Part shown: positions 22,981 through 36,189 of the stretch, piece by piece | Position numbering within the stretch: the first letter of the stretch is position 1 | How the letters are laid out: each line of letters begins with the position of its first letter | Assembly (NCBI RefSeq): GCF_004010195.1 | Contig: NC_057719.1 | Coordinates: 7,252,795 to 7,295,526, forward strand | Length of the DNA: 42,732 nt | From: Chiloscyllium plagiosum | Taxonomy: Eukaryota | Direction: 5' to 3' | Program-made: the position numbers and the translations under genes | Notes under the pieces: generated by a model | What the model saw: only the letters and a program-made list of their open reading frames with translations | What the model was told of the DNA's origin: nothing | The model's database searches: none

Positions 22981-24126
22981 CATGTGACTCTGATCGTAAG
23001 CAGTTGGCTCTTTATAACTTGTAAACTGATTCAGTTGTACAAGCAATTACCAGAAAGCAAGAACATATCAGGGCATCTCTTCATTTGAAGTCTTATGTCA
23101 GTGTAGCTGAGGGTGGGGATTGCAATATTGCTTACACCCTGAGACTAAAGCAAGCAATGACATCAGGCAAATACAAATTGCTACAAAGCATAACTAAAAT
23201 CGTGAGCTACACCTGTTTGATAAAACAACAAATTCTAGTCTGAGCTTGTTTGTTTATAAATTAAGGCCCTTTATGGTCTCATAATGATGGAATACAATAG
23301 ACTGCATATCACATGGTATGATATTCCATTCTTCAGATTATAGCATATTGATTTGATTGAAGTGAGCAAAAATGCTGGAAGTTCACTGGCATTTTGAGAG
23401 TGTGCCTTTGTGTCTAGATATTTGGAGTATAAGACAAGGAGAAGGACAATCAGCCTCTTGCATACATTCAACTTGTTCATGGCAGATGTGCACTTTAAAT
23501 CCTGGTTCCAAACACTTCACTAAGTTGAGTATTTTTTGTTTAACAAATCTATGTTTTGTTTCAATGTTAGAAAGGTCATGGGGTATATGAAAATTCCTGT
23601 TGATACAAAGGTTTCTGGAGTGGCTTCTTTTAATGTTCTTTGATGTTTTATAATGGAGGAGGATTTGGAGGAAATGGGGGTTAATCCAGGCCAGTTTTTG
23701 ACTCCAAACCCAGGACTATACAGCATGGAAATTGGGCATCATTCACATCTGTGTCAACAACTAGTAGCTCATTGGGAACCCACGGTTACTTCAAGCCTGT
23801 ATTGCAAGCAGGAAGTTGCAATGACTTTCTCACGAAGCCAGTTTACAGAATTATTATTGTGGTACAGAAGGTGGCCATTTGACCCATCATGCATGTACTG
23901 GTTCCATTTTCTATTGTCAATCTCCTGCCTTTTCTTCATATTGAAACATTACTATTCAAAACTCCACCAAATTCCCTCTTGAATGGCTCAATTGAACCTG
24001 CTTCCAGTACATTTCCAGTCATAGCATTCCAGTTTAAATCTACTCACCATGTAAGAAGTCTTTTCTCCCACATCGCCCTTGCTTTGTTTGAAGAGGTTTA
24101 CCAGGGAGAAAGGCAAGACAGGCTAA

Positions 24127-24378
24127 GATTAGATTAGATTACATTACAGTGTGGAAACAGGCCCTTCGGCCCAACAAGTCCACACCGACCCGCCGAAGCG
24201 CAACCCACCCATACCCCTACATTTACCCCTTACCTAACACTATGGGCAATTTAGTATGGCCAATTCACCTGACCTGCACATCTTTGGATCTGGGAGGAAA
24301 CCGGAGCACCCGGAGGAAACCCACGCAGACACGGGGAGAACGTACAAACTCCACACAGTCACCTGAGGCGGGAATTGA
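24127..24378 (-). mobile_element. HE1-type elasmobranch SINE, 5'-truncated
   Basis: Reverse complement gives gtggagtttgtacgttctccccgtgtctgcgtgggtttcctccgggtgctccgg with a CR1-derived tail and (aatct)n. Confidence 0.85.
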
Positions 24379-24506
24379 GTTTAAGATGATAAATTGACAA
24401 CTTGCATAGATATTTGTGGTGCCGGCCCACAACCTGCCAGATGGGATTTAAATTTGTGTCGACTGTGTGTTGCTGGAAAAGCACAGGTCAGGCAGCATCT
24501 GAGGAG

Positions 24507-24768
24507 TTTTAGAACGGAGATAAGGAGAAACTTCTTCAGCCAGAGAGTGATGAATCTATGGAATTCATTGCCACAGAAGACTGTGGAGGTCAGGTCGTTG
24601 AGTATATTTAAGACTGAGATGAATAGGTTCTTAAGTATCAAGGGGATCATGGGTTACAGGGAGAAAGTAGGAGAATGGGTTTGAGAAACTTATTAGCCAT
24701 AATTGAATGGCAGAGCGGATTTGATGGGCTGAATGACCTCATTTCTGCTTCTATGTCTTATGGTCTTA
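24507..24768 (+). mobile_element. CR1 LINE 3' end
   Basis: FRTEIRRNFFSQRVMNLWNSLPQK; tcttatggtcttat tail. Confidence 0.88.
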
Positions 24769-25321
24769 TACATCTTTATCAAGCCTTTTCTTGGTCTCCT
24801 TTGCTTCTAGGAGAACAAACCCTCCATGAACGCAGAATCTGAACTCCACCTGCCTGTTTCCACACCAACCCAAAATAACCCTATCTAACTCTGCCTTGAA
24901 TAAATTAAATGACCCATTCTTCCACTGCATACTGTGGGAGAGAATTCCATGGACTAGCACCCTTCAATGAGAAAAAGGTTGTCGTCAGTATTTTAATAGG
25001 GGATTGCATAAATATTTTATCAGAAGGATCAGTTCTTAAAGTGTATTGAATGAAATTAGCTTTGTCACATTCAAATGAATACAGTGAAAAGTTTGTAAGT
25101 CACTACTTCAAGCACTATCTTAGGTACAATCCTTAGTTACAGGGTAGAGAAATGAAGAAAAAAAAGTTACGTTACAGCAATATACCATAGGTCAGAAAAA
25201 CAGAAATAAGTTAAAAAAGATAAACATCACAGTGTCCTCGAGATCTCGTCTCTCCCAAAAGTGGAAACATTGTTTTGATATCAATCTATTTGAGTTCCCT
25301 CAGGAATTTGTATTTTTACTA

Positions 25322-25625
25322 AGGGGAGGTAGTGGCATATGGATAAAGACCAATGCTCTGGGGGCATAGGTTTAAATACCACCATGGCAGGTGGTGAAAT
25401 TTAAATTTTAAATTATCTAAAGTAAAGAGCTTGCCTAATGGCAAATACGCAACCAATGTCAATTGTTGCAAAAACACAGATGGTTCACTAATGTCCTTGC
25501 TTGGTCTGGTTTACATGTGGTTTAAGCCCCACAGCAATGTGGTTGACTCTCAACTGCTCTCTGGGCATAAAGGCAATAAAGGCTGGCTTAGCCATCAAAG
25601 CCCACGTTCTGCCAACAACTTTTTT
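25322..25625 (+). mobile_element. Old tRNA-derived SINE
   Basis: Same core (ggttcactaatgtcctt, cccacagcaatgtggttgactct) as the 4302 and 9360 copies. Confidence 0.65.
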
Positions 25626-25711
25626 TAAAATCACTATCATTTTTCCAAGATCCAATGCCCACCTCCTTCTTAGAGTAAGCTTCTCTTTCCAGAAAAGAAT
25701 GCAGTGACCAT

Positions 25712-26397
25712 AAGACCGAGAACTGCAGATGCTGGAAACCAGAGTCTAGATCAGAGTGGTACTGGAAAAGCACAGCAGGTCAGGCAGCATCCGAGGAGCA
25801 GGAAAATCGATGTTTCAGGCAAAAGCCCTTCATCAGTAATAGGCAGGGAGCCTGCAGGGTGGAGAGATAAATGGNNNNNNNNNNNNNNNNNNNNNNNNNN
25901 NNNNNNNNNNNNNNNNNNNNNNNNNNNNNNNNNNNNNNNNNNNNNNNNNNNNNNNNNNNNNNNNNNNNNNNNNNNNNNNNNNNNNNNNNNNNNNNNNNNN
26001 NNNNNNNNNNNNNNNNNNNNNNNNNNNNNNNNNNNNNNNNNNNNNNNNNNNNNNNNNNNNNNNNNNNNNNNNNNNNNNNNNNNNNNNNNNNNNNNNNNNN
26101 NNNNNNNNNNNNNNNNNNNNNNNNNNNNNTCCAACCTTCCAGCTCAGCACCATCCTCATGACCTGTCCTACCTGCCAATCTCCCTTCCCACCTATCCACT
26201 CCTCCATCCCCACCCCCATTCACCTATTGTACTCTTTGCTACCTTCTCCCCAGCCCCACCCCTCCCCCATTTATCTCTCCACCCTGGAGGCTTCCTGCCT
26301 CTATTCCTGATTAAGGGCTTTTGCCCGAAACGTCGATTTCCCTGCTCCTCGGATGCTGCCTGACCTGCTGTGCTTTTCCAGCACCACTCTGATCTAA
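25712..26397. mobile_element. Inverted PLE element (family A) spanning an assembly gap
   Basis: Arms ~25746-25874 and ~26268-26397 are reverse complements; hammerhead cores at 25809-25836 (-) and 26307-26334 (+, CTGATTA variant). Confidence 0.85.
25875..26129. other. Assembly gap (255 N)
   Basis: Run of N. Confidence 1.
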
Positions 26398-27765
26398 ACC
26401 CCACTTCACTACAGTACTAGAGTGTTATTTTATCAAAGATGATATCTTTAAGATGACTAATAAACTAAGGTTCTACCTGCCAGGTCGAATAAAAGAACTT
26501 GTGGAATGATTTGGAAAGCAAGAGAACCATTTCTTCCTCTACTATGTGGAGAAAGAAAAGCTACATTTGTCTTTCAGATGAGACAGAACTGTGTGAATAG
26601 AGGTCATAGTTAAAGATGATTGCTGTGAGAGCATCAATACTGTAATTACTGTGTCAATGGCAATACAATCCTGAAATATTTCACAGAATTAGAAACATGG
26701 AAAGAGGCTGGTGGGTAGGGTAGAAGAAGTTGATATGAAGGCTACAAAGAGTTTAGTTTCCCAGTGCCAAATAAATGCTTTCTTATTTAAAAATTATTTT
26801 CATTTAAAAATGTCTTCGTATTAATTCATTCTTAATGATATCATTTAATTTTGGAGAAGTGTCCAGGCTTTCAGTGTAGTTCTAAGTAAGATTTGGAATA
26901 AAAGCTCATGTTTAAACTGAGAAGAAATGAATACACATCAGCAGTCAATTACATTAACTCACCAGAGTGTGTTTGATCCAGGTTGAAATTGGCTTCTTCA
27001 AATAGTTAATTAAACTAATATTTGCAGGCTACTGAGAATTTTAGATTATTGTCAGATTATCATACCAAGTCAAAGAACTTTTCATCTTGATAATCTGAAA
27101 TTAGTGCACTCTGGGCAATTCAAAGCAGGATTCTAACAATGTGCAAAACATCAAGATGTTTACCTTGATATTTTCTTCATCAAATCAACAGTGACCTCGA
27201 TGTTTTTAGAGCAACTTCATAAACTGGATTTATTGAAAGTCACTGAAGAATAGAGCAATTACAATGATTAAAAGTGCAAAATATGACAAATGTAAAGTGA
27301 GGAATTATAACTAGATGAAGTGAATATGAGTTAACAGGCACACAGTGGTCAAATGCCTCACTGATTGTGTTTTAAATTGACTAGTGTCACTACCATCTAG
27401 AATCCTGGTTAAGGACAGCATATACATGGGCACACCACCACCAAGTTCCCCTCAAAGCCATTCACCATGCTAACTTGGAACTATATCATCATTTCTTCAG
27501 AAAGAAAAAATTGGCTGATGTGGTCAAGATCAATCTTACCCAGGCAATAGTGACACTATAGGTCACGTTCAAGAATGAATTAATACTAAGACATTTTTAA
27601 ATGAAAAGAATTTTAAAATAAAAAAGCATTTATTTGACTCCTATACAAAGGGATTCAAATTCTTCACTTTTGCATTTTGGAACACCCTCAAAGCCTCTGC
27701 CTTGAATTGCCTTGACTTTACAGGTGTTTGTAGTTCAAGTTCTATTTCTGAAACTGCTCCCAAGT

Positions 27766-28799
27766 TCAAAGTTCGTATAAAGATTTGTAGCTTGGGTGCC
27801 AGTTAGAGTTGTGGGTACGTTTGCTGAACTGGGATGTCTAGGTGATGTGCTCAGTGCCGTGAAGCTTCCTGTGAAAGACTGCTGTACTGTATCATTTGGA
27901 ATTTAATAAGTTTTGTTCCCACTCAATTCTGGTTGCCCATTCCAGTTGCTTGTTGCAGTGGCCTGTATATTGGGTCTCAGTCTGTGTTTATTGATGGTGT
28001 CCATGGATGAGTGCCATGCTTCTAGAAATTCTCTGTTGTCCTCTGTTTAGCTTGTCCTATTATTGTTGTGTTCCCAGTCAAATTTGTGATCCCTGCCATC
28101 TGTATGTATAGCTACTAGGAATAATGAATCGTGGCATTTAGTGGTGCTAGTCGTCTCCCTGCTTGTCCTATACAGTGTTTCCTGCAGCCCCAGCATATAA
28201 TCTTGTACATTACATTTGTCCTGCATATGATGGGTTTTGGCTCTTTTGTTCTGGTGAGTTGTCTGAGCATGGCTGTGGGTTTATGTGCTGACGTGAATTG
28301 GGCAGAGAAGTCTGACTATCAGTTCTGGGACTTATTTTATATAAGGTAGAGTGGTTAGTGTGTTGGGTCATGGCATGTAGGGACTGCAGGAAACACTGTA
28401 TAGGGTAAGCAGGGAGACAACTAGCGATGTGCATTCATGAACATCAACTCGCCACTAAACGCCACGACCAGCTGTCCCTAGTAGCTATACACACAGACAA
28501 CAAGGACCATGAATTCGACTGAGACAACGCAACAATAATAGGACAATCCAAACAGAGGACAGCCAGAGAATTTCTAGAAGCATGGCACTCAACCACGGAC
28601 TCCATCGATAACACATTGAACTAAACCCAATAAACCGGCCACTGCTACGAGCAACTGGAAGCAGCAGGAATGAAACCAAATAAATTCCAACCGACACAGT
28701 ATAGCAGCGCTTCATGGGTGCTCTATAACACTGCGGATGTCACCTAGAAAGGGGACAAGACGTCTGCAAACCACATTCCCAGCTCGGTGAACATACAGC
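27766..28799. mobile_element. PLE (family C) with inverted GIY-YIG arms, 14-bp TSD
   Basis: AACTGCTCCCAAGT at 27752-27765 and 28800-28813. Minus arm: TNVMYKIICWGCRKHCIGQAGRRLA. Plus arm: ...REFLEAWHS. Decayed hammerhead ctgcgga tgtcacc..ggggac aagacgtc at ~28731-28764. Confidence 0.88.
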
Positions 28800-30150
28800 A
28801 ACTGCTCCCAAGTGTCTAATCTCATGCGCAATTTAAACTTTTATAAAACTGCTCGTTTCTTCAAGCTGTGGCTGAACTTTTCCAAGTTCCAATCCTTCTC
28901 AGCTTAATCAAACAGCTTCACTCACCTCACTCTCAGCTGAAATGAATTATTAGTGGTTTGCAGTACTTTCTTTAAGCCCTAACCTTTTCCCATGGCATGG
29001 AGCCACCATTCAGTTGGACTTTTCCTGAATTCTGACTGCTTGAAATCTAACTGCAACACTTGTGCAGCCTGTAGCCATTTCTGTTTCACAGCACTCCCAA
29101 CTCTAAATTGGAACTGACTTCTCTCAGGAAAATTGCACCAGTCCTCTGCTTTCTTTTGTAGCTCTGTTGTAAAATATAACTTTAAAATAGAATAATTTAG
29201 AAAATAAACCAGAACCTAATTAAAATAAATACATGAAATACATCTATATAATTAAGAAATGTACAACAATTTTTGTAGGTAGTATTAGAATTTACTGTGC
29301 TTATTAAATATTACCATCCATAGGAATTATTTCTAGTTAATTACCAACATCATCTAAACAGAACTAATTAACCAAAGAGCCCAAGTATCATGACAGGTGT
29401 TCTGTTGCAGCTATGAAATGCAGGAGCTTTCCCATACCATGGCAATTCAGAGCAAATGCATCTGCAGAAAGTGTAAGCAACGAGATGCATTTCCGGTCAG
29501 GATTTTGATCTGGAAACTGAACTGCAGACACTGTACAACAGTGAGGCGAGGGGCAGAAATTTCAAGACGCTTTGATCCAACAGACAGTCACGAGTTTTAG
29601 AACAGAGTTAATTTCATGCTATTTTCATCAACAGTGTGGGACAAGAGATCAGACAGCAGTGAAGGAGCCTCAGACTTTGCAATTGTCAACAGAATTGAGG
29701 TTCTCTCAACCTGCGTAGATAAAGTAAGTTTGCAAGATGGGTGAGGAGATTGAATAGTACAGGAAGCGCTTCAAGTAGGGTGGATCAAAGAGCAGTGTGG
29801 TGAGGAGGATTGATGCTGTTCTCTGCAGCAAAGAGCATGGGTCCAGTCAGCTGTGCTGCCTTTTAAAAACTGTATTCTGGAACACAGGCATCACTGGCTG
29901 GCCTGTCCCTACTTGTCCTTCAGAAGGTGGATGTGAGCTGCCTTCCTGACCTGCTGCAGTTCCTGTCGTGTAGGTTGACCCACAATGCCCTTGAGGGAAT
30001 TCTAGGATTTTGTCCCAGCGAGAATGAAGGAATGATTATATATTTCCAAATCAGGATGGTGAGTGACTTGGAGGGGAATCTGCTGCTGATGGTGTTCCTA
30101 TGCATCTGCTGCCTTTGTCTTTCTACATGGAAGTGGTTTTGGGTTTGGAA

Positions 30151-30241
30151 CCGCACCACCTGATGAAGGAGCAGCACTCTGAAAGCTAGTGCTTGCAATT
30201 AAACCTGTTGGACTGTAACCTGGTGTTGTATGATTTTTAAC
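30151..30241 (+). mobile_element. 91-bp PLE (family D) insertion consisting mostly of a hammerhead motif, 13-bp TSD
   Basis: TTTGGGTTTGGAA at 30138-30150 and 30242-30254; homologous to 34628-34700 and 35070-35160. Confidence 0.85.
30157..30191 (+). ncRNA. Minimal hammerhead ribozyme motif (family D)
   Basis: CAC CUGAUGA A GGAG-cagca-CUCU GAA AGCU A GUG: 3-bp helix I, palindromic AGCU helix III, CUA cleavage triplet. Confidence 0.68.
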
Positions 30242-31299
30242 TTTGGGTTTGGAAGATGCTGTCTAATGATCTCTGGCAAATTTCTGCCGTGCTTGTGCAT
30301 AGTATACACTGCTGCTACTGAGTGTCAGTGATGGAAGGTGTGGATGATTGTGGATGTGTTGCCAATCAAGTGGGCTGCATTATCCTGGATGGTGTCAAAC
30401 TTGTTGAGTATTGTTGGAGCTGCATCCATCCAGGCAAGTGAGAGTATTCAGCCACATCCTGATTTGTGGCTTGTAGATGATGGGAAGTTAGGAGGTGAGT
30501 TATTCACTGTAGTATTCCTAGCCTCTTACCTGCTCTTTTAGCCATTGTGTTTATGTGCTGGGTCCATTCGTTTTCTGGTCAATGGTAACCCCAAGTATGT
30601 TGATAATGGGGCATTCCATGATGGTAACATCATTGAATGTCAAGGGTGGTGGTTAGATAGTCTCTTATTGGAGATGGTCATTGCCTGGCATTCGTGTGGT
30701 GTGAATGTTACTCGCCACTATCAGCCCAAGCCTGAATATTGTCAGACCTTGTTGCATTTGAACATGGACTGCGTCAGTATCTGAAGAATCTTGAATGGTG
30801 CTGAACACAGTGCAATCATCGTTAAATATCCCCAGTTCTGACCTAATGATGGAGAGAAGCAGCTGAAGACAGTTGGTTCTCAGACACTACCCTGAGGACC
30901 TCCTGCAGTGATGTTTCTGGAGCTGAGATGAGTTTTGATTGGTTTCTTCTATCTAAAACAATTTTACCGAATAGCTGAAATCTGTGGTGCTTTAGAAGTT
31001 GCATGAAGCGATTTGATTTCTATATTGAACAGTGATTAAATCATTCTAAAGTAATTATGCTTTCTTTCAACTTAAATCACACAGTTTCAATGTATCCTCT
31101 ATGGAAAGTTGCCATCCAACCTGTAGCTTCACTGAAGTACAATTTCACCCCCAAAATATTCAATGTTTTATTTTGAGTAGATTTCTGTCGTGTGACATTT
31201 TAGTTTAAAGGTGGTGTTGACATTAAGTGTAATTTATATTTAGATAGCATCTTTAACTTGAAGTGCAAAAGGAGGAGGTGAATAGCTCAGGTCTTATTT

Positions 31300-31587
31300 C
31301 TAGGCTAGAGAGCATAGGTTTAAAGGGAGAGGGGAAAGATTTAAAAAGGACCAAAGGTGTTACTTTTTCACACAGGGTGGTGTGCGTATGGAATGAGCTG
31401 CTAGAGGAAGTGATGCCTGGTACAATTGCAACATTTAAAAGGCATTTGGATGGGTATAAGAATAGGAAGGGTTTAGAGGGATATGGGAGAAATGGTGGCA
31501 AATGGGACAAGGTAAATTGGGAAGTCTGATCAGTGCATATGAGTTAGACCAAAGGGGCTGTTTCTGTGCTGTATGACTCTATGACTG
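31300..31587 (+). mobile_element. CR1 3' end
   Basis: FSHRVVCVWNELLEEV...GLEGYG; tatgactctatgact tail. Confidence 0.88.
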
Positions 31588-32164
31588 ACATTCAAGAACC
31601 ACAACTATCTTCCTACATGTGAGGTATGAGTACAGTCATTGATGCTAGTTTTGTTTGGGCTCCTTGACACCATACTTAAGTCAATTGCAGCCTTGATGTC
31701 AAATGCACTCTCACCTCATCTCGAGAATTCAGCTCTTTTATCCATGTTTGAACCCAAGGCTGGAATGAGATCAGGAGCTGAGTGGCCCTGGTGGAACCCA
31801 AGCCAGATGTCATTGAACAGGTTATTACTAAGCAGGTGCTGCTTGATAGCACTGTTGAATTCACCATCCATTGTTTTACTGATTATCGAGAATTGATTGA
31901 TGGGGTACTGCCATGTTGGTCAGGTTAGATTTGTTCTGCTTTTTGTGTGCAGAACATACCTGAGCAATGTTCCATATTGTCAGGGAGATGCCAGTGTTAT
32001 GACTGTACCGGAACAGCTTGGCTAGAGGAGCAGCAAGTTCTGGAGCACAAGTCTTCAGTATTATTGCTGGAATGTTGTCAGGGCCCATAGTCTGCAGTAT
32101 CCATTGCATCTAACTGTTTTTCTTGATATCACATGCAGTAAATCGAATTGGCTGAAGATTTGTA

Positions 32165-32872
32165 GAGACTTTGTAGTGCAGATTCATAGCTCCTTGAAAG
32201 TGGAGTCGCAGGTAGATAGGATAGTGAAGAAGGTGTTTGGTATGTTTTCCTTTATTGGTCAGAGTATTGAATACAGGAGTTGGGAGGTCATGTTGCGATT
32301 GTACAGGACATTGGTTAGGCCACTGTTGGAATATTGTGTGCAATTCTGGTCTCCTTCCTATCGGAAAGATGTTGTGAAATTTAAAAGGGTTCAGAAAAGA
32401 TTTATAAGGATGTTGCCAGGGTTGGAGGGTTTGAGCTATAGGGAGAGCCTGAATAGGTTGGGCTGTTTTTCTTGGACTATCGGAGGCTGAGGGGTGACCT
32501 TATAGATGTTTACAAAATCATGAGGGGCATTGATAGGATAAATAGACAAAGTATTTTCCCTGAGTGGGGAGTCCAGAATTAGAGGGCATAGGTTTAGGAT
32601 GAGAGGGGAAAAATATAAAAGAGACCTAAGGGGCAACTTTTTCACTTAGAGGGTGATATGTGTATAGAATGAGCTGCCAAAGAAAGTGGTGGAGGCTGGT
32701 ACAATTGTAACATTTAAAAGGCAGCTGGATGGGTATGTGAATAGGAAGGGTTTGGAGGGATATGCGCTGGGTGCTGGCAGGTGGGACTAGATTGGGTTAG
32801 GATATCTGGTCGGCATGGACAAGTTGGACAGAAGGGTCTGTTTCCATGCTGTACATCTCTATGACTCTATAG
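32165..32872 (+). mobile_element. CR1 3' fragment, same subfamily as 5871-8840
   Basis: HSSLKVESQVDRIVKK...YCVQFWSPSYRKDVVK; ctctatgactctat tail. Confidence 0.92.
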
Positions 32873-34627
32873 TATCTGTAATGCTGGAGGAGGAGGCCGC
32901 AATGGATCATCCACTCTGTGAAGATTACTGTGGAAGCTTCAGCCTTATCTTTTGCCCTGATCTGCTAGGCTCTTTCATCATTGAGGATGGGGATATTTAT
33001 ATAGCAGCCTCCTCCAGTGAATTGTTTAATTGTCCACTACCATTCATGATTGGATGTGGCAGGACTGCAGAGCTTAGATCTGATCCATTGGTTATAGGAT
33101 TACTGAGCTGTGTCTATCACTTGTTGCTTATGCTGTTTGGAATGGAAGTAGTCCTGTTTGGTAGCTTCATCAGGTTGACACTTCATCTTCAGTCTGCCTG
33201 GTGCTGCTCCTGGCATGCCCTCCTGACGTTAATGGTTGAGTGGGGGATATACCGGGCCAGATTACAGATTGTGCTGGAGTACAATTCTGCTGCTGTTGAT
33301 GACCCACAATGTCTCATGGATGCCAAGTCTTGTGTTGCTGGATGTGTTCATAGTCTGTCCCATTTAGCATGGTGATAGTGCCACACAACATGATGGAGGG
33401 TGTTCTCAATGTGAAGGCGGGACTTTGTCTCCACAAGGACAGTGTGATGATCACTCTTATGGAGTGTGCTGGTTTACTAAATATTCTAGTTGGTCATGTG
33501 GACCTCTTGGTCAATGTAAAAACTAAGTAATAAAAATATAAATGAAAAAGTAATAGTAATAGAAACAGCAAACTGTCATCCTTACCTGATCTAGTCGACA
33601 TGTGACTCCAGACCCATAGCAACGTGGTCGACTCTTAACTACCCTCTAGGCAATAAATGCTGCCTTGCCAGCGATGCCTTCATCCTGTGAATGAATAAAT
33701 AAAAAAAAGAAACACACTAAGTAATTAAAATGTAATGCAGGGATATACTTATCACTGTAATACTTTATTTATAACCTAAATAAAATAATGTAACTTCACC
33801 TTAAATAAAACTTAGCAAAGGAGAGTCTTCTCATTCACTCCATCAGGTGAGTACTTGGAGATTACAATAATAAAGTAAACTTCTAGTATTTCAGGTATAT
33901 ATTTTTGCCAATTTATCGAAAATGTCAGTTCATAGGGTGCCAGTTAAAACAAAGTTTGCTTTAGGAAGGACAGGAAACTAATAGACAGTGGAGGGGCAGC
34001 TCCATTGATTAAAACATAGCAGAGAGGGATGATTGAAGTTCCAGGAACTACGATGTAAAAGTAGTTTGGGTAGAGATGAGGAATGATAAGGCAAGAAGTT
34101 ATTGTGGAAGTAGTGGACAGGTCTCTAACAGTTACCTCGTAGTTGGGTTAATCACATCAGAAAAGCAAAGGTAGCCTTGGTGAAGTATTCATAGATGTCT
34201 TCAGGATAAGTTAGAAGAATGTGTTCTGGCACCAACCAAAAATAAACAAGACAAGACCTGATTTTGACCAGAGAGAATTATTCGTGACCTTAGTGAAGAT
34301 GGTAACAGTGAAAATAATTTGATTTAGTTTTACATTCAGCAAGGGAAGGGAGTGTGGATCCAAAACAATTATTTTACACTTAAATACGGTCAATTATGAG
34401 GGCATAAAAGCAGATCTAATGAAAGTGAAACATCAACTTAGGTTAAGTAAAGATCAACACTGTTGCAGTAGTGCACATTTTAGGAGATATTACAGAACAT
34501 AAAGCATATACAAGTTCTAGTCACAAAGAAGTTGTCCAAGGTAAGCACTCACTATCCCTGGTTTTATTTAACTACCTTGAACTTTTGAAGTGCCCCACAA
34601 AAATTTCTTTAATAATAGCTTCCAACA

Positions 34628-35195
34628 GCAGTGCTCCGAAAGCTAGTGCTTCCAATTAAACCTGTTGGACTATAACCTGGTCTTGTGAGATTTTTAACTT
34701 TGTACACCCCAGTCCAACATCGGCATCTCCAAATCATGGCTATCATCGACACCGCTAACTGCTGGCTTAAAGTGGAGAGGATCTCCAAGAAGATCACACA
34801 TATCGACACAGTCATCAAGTTTCTACAGAAATGCAGGCAAGCAGGAAAGATCCCAAAAGGATTACGGATCACGAAAAAGTTCACCTGAGAATGTAACTTT
34901 TAAAAAATGTTTTGTGATTTACATATGAAAGAAGTGAAACTATCATGGTTATTCTAACAGATAAGAGACTTAACAAACAATCAAGATTTTTTAAAAATGT
35001 ATAATTTCAGTGACATCACATTGTAAACTTTTGCTATGAATTCTGTGTCTTACAATTGTGTCCTCCACAACCACCTGATGAAGGAACGGCACTCCAAAAG
35101 CTAGAGCTTCCAAATAAATCTGTCAGACTATAACCTGGTGTTGTGTGATTTTTAACCTTGTCCACCACAGTCCAACACCGGTATCTCCAAATCAT
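34628..35195 (+). mobile_element. Partial tandem PLE (family D) with pseudo-LTR direct repeats and ORF N-terminus
   Basis: Direct repeats ~34628-34737 and ~35088-35195; ATG at 34736 starts MAIIDTANCWLKVERISKKITHIDTVIKFLQKCRQAGKIPKGLRI (FLxxC...IPKGL motif of PLE ORFs); CTGATGA at 35075. Confidence 0.82.
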
Positions 35196-36189
35196 AACAT
35201 TTTCCCTGTAACATTAATTGGCCTGTAGTTTTCTGCTTTTTCTCTCTTCCCCTTTTTGAAAAAGGAGTTATGTTTGCTATTTTCTAATCTAATTGAACAA
35301 TTATAAAAATCAAACTCAATACATCAACTGTAGGGTCATTTCTTTCAAGACTTCAGAATGAAGTCCTTCAGGACCCCTGGGGATTTGTTAGCCCGCCTTT
35401 CTCCCTGAAAATGTCCTTGAAAACTAATCTCTGAGTATTTGACCACTCCCGCCTTATTGATCCTTATGATTGGGTATCAGAAACATTTTTGATAATATTC
35501 CTGTGAAGTGCCTTGAGACAGTTTACTTTGTTAAAATAATTTTCTTCATTACATGTTTTGCTGACTATTTTTAAAAAGAGAATGGCCTCGTACATGGTGA
35601 AAAAGATGCAACTTTAGTAATGTTACAAGAATGTAGAAACACTTTGCAAAATGACCTCCGCAGAGGTTCCTCTCTGATGTGAAAATGTACACACAGCAAA
35701 GGAGATCAACTACAAAAGAAACTTTAAGTGATGTAAAGATTACAAGCGAATCTCTGGAGATGAATTGCACACTCAGTATCAAATTCAATCAAAGTACAGA
35801 TTAACACCCCATCTGTCAATCATGTGAATCATTGGCATCTCACAGCATGAATGCAGTGACACAATTGAAGTCTATGGATTATTCATCCCCAGTTTGAGTT
35901 TTTGAATATTTACATAGATTCATAATACTCCAGGATAATAGAACAAAACAGGTTGGCATCATCAACTTTCACAGAACTTACTGATGTGATTTGTGATCTG
36001 TCACTTGAAGATAATTGGCTAAATACCTCCATTTGAATCTATAATATGAGTTCCAAGTAAATAGCCTTGTGCTCTGCTTTCCCAGTCTTTGCTGAAGGGT
36101 TGATTCAGTAGCAGCAACTTCAGAGACCATTTCCGACTTTATGATTCTGACTGCAGACCTGAAACAGGCTATCCTACTCAACAAGTAAT

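Larger units (their letters stand above)
29875..33460 (-). mobile_element. Old CR1/L2-group LINE with several nested insertions
   Basis: GPDNIPAIILKTCAPELAAPLAKLF...WNIAQVCSAHKKQNKSN (31876..32109); its 3' tail resembles that of the old SINE family. Confidence 0.8.

Noticed and set aside
25704..26363. Long ORFs containing X runs
   Set aside because: Artefacts of the 255-N gap.
32815..33375. 186-aa plus-strand ORF
   Set aside because: Spans a CR1 tail and the antisense strand of an old LINE.
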